64,000 nt of DNA from Methanomassiliicoccales archaeon (lineage in GTDB: Archaea > Thermoplasmatota > Thermoplasmata > Methanomassiliicoccales > JACIVX01). The stretch's first letter is position 1, and each line of letters opens with the position of its first letter. The notes beneath the pieces are model-generated. The model was not told the DNA's origin, did not search any database, and saw only the letters and a list, made by a program, of their open reading frames with translations. The translations under genes and the position numbers were made by a program. Location of the stretch: assembly GCA_050010535.1 (NCBI GenBank), contig JBEKKT010000003.1, positions 1,374 to 65,373 on the forward strand. Reading direction: 5' to 3'. Shown in pieces: positions 62,127 to 64,000 of this stretch.

Positions 62127-64000
62127 ATGGCGAGAATCAGATTCGAGCCGCTAGGAATTGTCGCTGAAACCCGACAAGGAGAGGAACGTTTGTTCGATGT
62201 CCTGGAGAGAGCGGGAATATCGGTTGAGACCGTTTGCGGCGGCAGAGGAAAATGCGGACGATGCCGAGTGATTGTCCGAGAGGGAACTACTCCTCCGACC
62301 GATGAGGACAGAAAAGCGATATCGAAAGATGATCTTGAAAAGGGATCGCGGCTCGCTTGCGGCATGAGAGTGCATTCCGACATGGTGATAGAGATACCGA
62401 AGGAAAACGCTAGAAACGAACAGGTGATCCTGGAGGATGCAATCGCTAGAACGACGCTCAGTCCGAGAATCAGGAGCTTCGTGCTCTCTGTTCCGCCTCC
62501 TTCCCTTGATTTCCAGGTTGGTGACCTGGAGCGCCTGCAACATGCGCTTTCCAAGCTGACGCAGATCGATTTCCAGGTGTCCATACGGACATTGAGACGA
62601 TTCCCTGCCTTGCTCAGGTCATGTGGGCAGGTCCGCCTTGTGACAAGGGGAGATGAGGTACTCGACATTGTCGCGGATTCTGATGAAAGTCTGTATGGCG
62701 TGGCGGTTGACATAGGTACGACAACTGCAGTTGCTTACTTGATCGACCTTGGCACAGGAGATTGCGTTGCCGTGCATTCGAGGATGAACCCACAGATAGC
62801 CCACGGGGACGACGTGATCTCCAGAATGACATTCGGGCTGAGGAACAGCGAGGGCGCGAAGACACTCCAGAGTCAGATAACAAACTGCGTTGACGAATTG
62901 ATTGGAGAATGCTGTGCGAGCGCCAGCGTTAGCAGGGAGAGAGTGTTCGAGATCGTCGTTGTCGGAAACACTGCCATGCACCACTTGTTCTTTGGTCTCG
63001 ATACTTCAAATCTTGGGCGCTCGCCTTTCGTTCCAGTCGTGGCCGGCCCTATTGAAGTGAAGTCCGCAGAACTCGGAATCACCGTCGGGAATGAAGCCTA
63101 CGTCTACTCCCTCCCAAACGTCGCAGGCTTCGTCGGAGCCGACCACATGGGCGTCCTCCTTGCCTGCCGTCTGTGGGAGTCCGAGGAAGCGCAAATGGCC
63201 ATCGACATCGGGACCAACGGAGAGATATCCGTTGGAGGGGGTTCAGGTGTGGCGAGTACCTCGTGCGCAGCTGGACCCGCGTTTGAGGGGGCGAACATCT
63301 GTTTCGGGATGAGAGCCACTACGGGAGCGATAGACCACCTGTCGATAGATGATGACTTCGAAGTATCCTATACTACAATAAACAACGGAAAGCCTCGCGG
63401 CTTGTGCGGCTCTGCCGTCGTTGACGCCATCTCGGAGATGTTCAGGGTGGGCATCATTAGACCAAACGGCAGGATAAGGAAGGAGATTGAATCCCAGAGA
63501 GTCGGAGTGGTGAATGGCGAGACGCAGTTCGTTCTCGCCACCGGGGAGGAGTCGCTAAACGGAGAAGCCGTGGCAATTACCCAGAAAGACATCGGAGAAG
63601 TGCAGTCAGCAAAGGCGGCCATGTACGCAGGGGCCACGATCCTAATGGAAGAGATGGGAGTGAATCAGGATGATCTGGATGCGATTTTGCTTGCGGGCGC
63701 ATTCGGCAACTACATCTCCCCGAAGAGCGCCATGGGCCTGGGCATATTTCCGGAGGTACCGGTGTCGAAAGTCAAGCAAATCGGGAATGCCGCCGGCTCC
63801 GGGGCGAAGATCGCTCTCCTAAATGAGATTGCGCGAGAAGAGGTGAGACAGCTTGCCAGAAGAATCAAGTTCGTTGAATTGGCGGCCAGACCGGAATTCC
63901 AGGATAGATTCTTTTGTGCGCTGTATATCCCTCACCGCGACACTACCATCTTCCCGACCGTTATGTCGGAAGTCGCTGACATCAACAGAGACAATTGGTC
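62127..64000 (+). CDS. RACo-type corrinoid activation protein (N-terminal 2Fe-2S ferredoxin + ASKHA ATPase, COG3894); 3' end outside the window
   Basis: This ORF is not in the track because it has no stop in the window. My own translation from ATG 62127 begins MARIRFEPLGIVAETRQGEERLFDVLERAGISVETVCGGRGKCGRCRVIV...LACGMRV, a plant-type 2Fe-2S motif. It continues with YGVAVDIGTTTAVAYLIDL, VVVGNTAMHHLFFGL, MAIDIGTNGEI and AGAFGN, and stays open through base 64000. Confidence 0.85.
   Translation, partial: MARIRFEPLGIVAETRQGEERLFDVLERAGISVETVCGGRGKCGRCRVIVREGTTPPTDEDRKAISKDDLEKGSRLACGMRVHSDMVIEIPKENARNEQVILEDAIARTTLSPRIRSFVLSVPPPSLDFQVGDLERLQHALSKLTQIDFQVSIRTLRRFPALLRSCGQVRLVTRGDEVLDIVADSDESLYGVAVDIGTTTAVAYLIDLGTGDCVAVHSRMNPQIAHGDDVISRMTFGLRNSEGAKTLQSQITNCVDELIGECCASASVSRERVFEIVVVGNTAMHHLFFGLDTSNLGRSPFVPVVAGPIEVKSAELGITVGNEAYVYSLPNVAGFVGADHMGVLLACRLWESEEAQMAIDIGTNGEISVGGGSGVASTSCAAGPAFEGANICFGMRATTGAIDHLSIDDDFEVSYTTINNGKPRGLCGSAVVDAISEMFRVGIIRPNGRIRKEIESQRVGVVNGETQFVLATGEESLNGEAVAITQKDIGEVQSAKAAMYAGATILMEEMGVNQDDLDAILLAGAFGNYISPKSAMGLGIFPEVPVSKVKQIGNAAGSGAKIALLNEIAREEVRQLARRIKFVELAARPEFQDRFFCALYIPHRDTTIFPTVMSEVADINRDNW

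Noticed and set aside
62090-62713. The 207-aa minus-strand track ORF at the start of the last gene region.
   Set aside because: It is antisense to the RACo-type activator, whose plus-strand frame shows 2Fe-2S and ASKHA motifs and stays open to the window end. The minus-strand product is Ser/Arg-rich with no motifs.
1-64000. CRISPR arrays, rRNA genes, transposases or integrases.
   Set aside because: Reading through the window, I saw no regularly spaced repeat array, no rRNA-like conserved stretches, and no DDE or tyrosine/serine recombinase motifs in any ORF.

Overview
The window reads as an archaeal chromosomal segment. Supporting signs are archaeal-type GltX, GlyRS and Trm1, an MptD-like gene, split 2-oxoacid:ferredoxin oxidoreductase and ADP-forming acetyl-CoA synthetase subunits, and a tRNA intron with a bulge-helix-bulge motif. 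The overall gene set looks Thermoplasmata or methyl-corrinoid-user like, but the lineage cannot be proven from this window.

I support about 60 protein genes. Most are housekeeping:
- tRNA synthetases and translation-related: gltX, cysS, glyS, valS, trm1, a DEAD-box helicase.
- Biosynthesis: purA, pyrD/pyrK, nadA, folC-like, cysE/cysK, a cysteine desulfurase.
- Energy and acetate metabolism: korDAB plus korC, acdA and acdB, acs.
- DNA and metal handling: topA, nth, hypA/hypD, nikR, ferritin-like proteins.

There are two tRNAs. tRNA-Gly(GCC) is plain. tRNA-Cys(GCA) carries a 13-nt intron and sits directly upstream of a cysK-cysE-cysS cluster.

Three genes are missing from the supplied ORF track. 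Two are shorter than 60 aa: a 58-aa 2x[4Fe-4S] ferredoxin and a 50-aa CxxC zinc-ribbon protein. The third is a RACo-type corrinoid activator of more than 620 aa that runs off the 3' edge.

The most unusual global property is a high density of disrupted genes:
- Fe/Mn superoxide dismutase, with three indels.
- A thioredoxin-reductase-like ferredoxin-NADP reductase, with one frameshift.
- A PrsW-like protease, with five in-frame stops and a frameshift.
- A TPR remnant, a FeoB-tail remnant and a Cys-rich ORF.
- An acetyl-CoA hydrolase/transferase-GNAT (Pat-like) fusion downstream of acs, interrupted by a single in-frame TAG.

The best candidates for undescribed biology are:
- A four-CBS protein with a C-terminal domain that looks like a RaiA/HPF ribosome-hibernation fold, located between glyS and valS.
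- A minus-strand corrinoid protein, split COG0523 GTPase and His-rich partner, followed by a radical SAM/SPASM plus TIGR04076 pair and facing the divergently transcribed RACo-type activator, with a repeat-bearing spacer.
- The TAG-interrupted Pat-like gene.

All family assignments come from motif recognition by eye. No database search was run.
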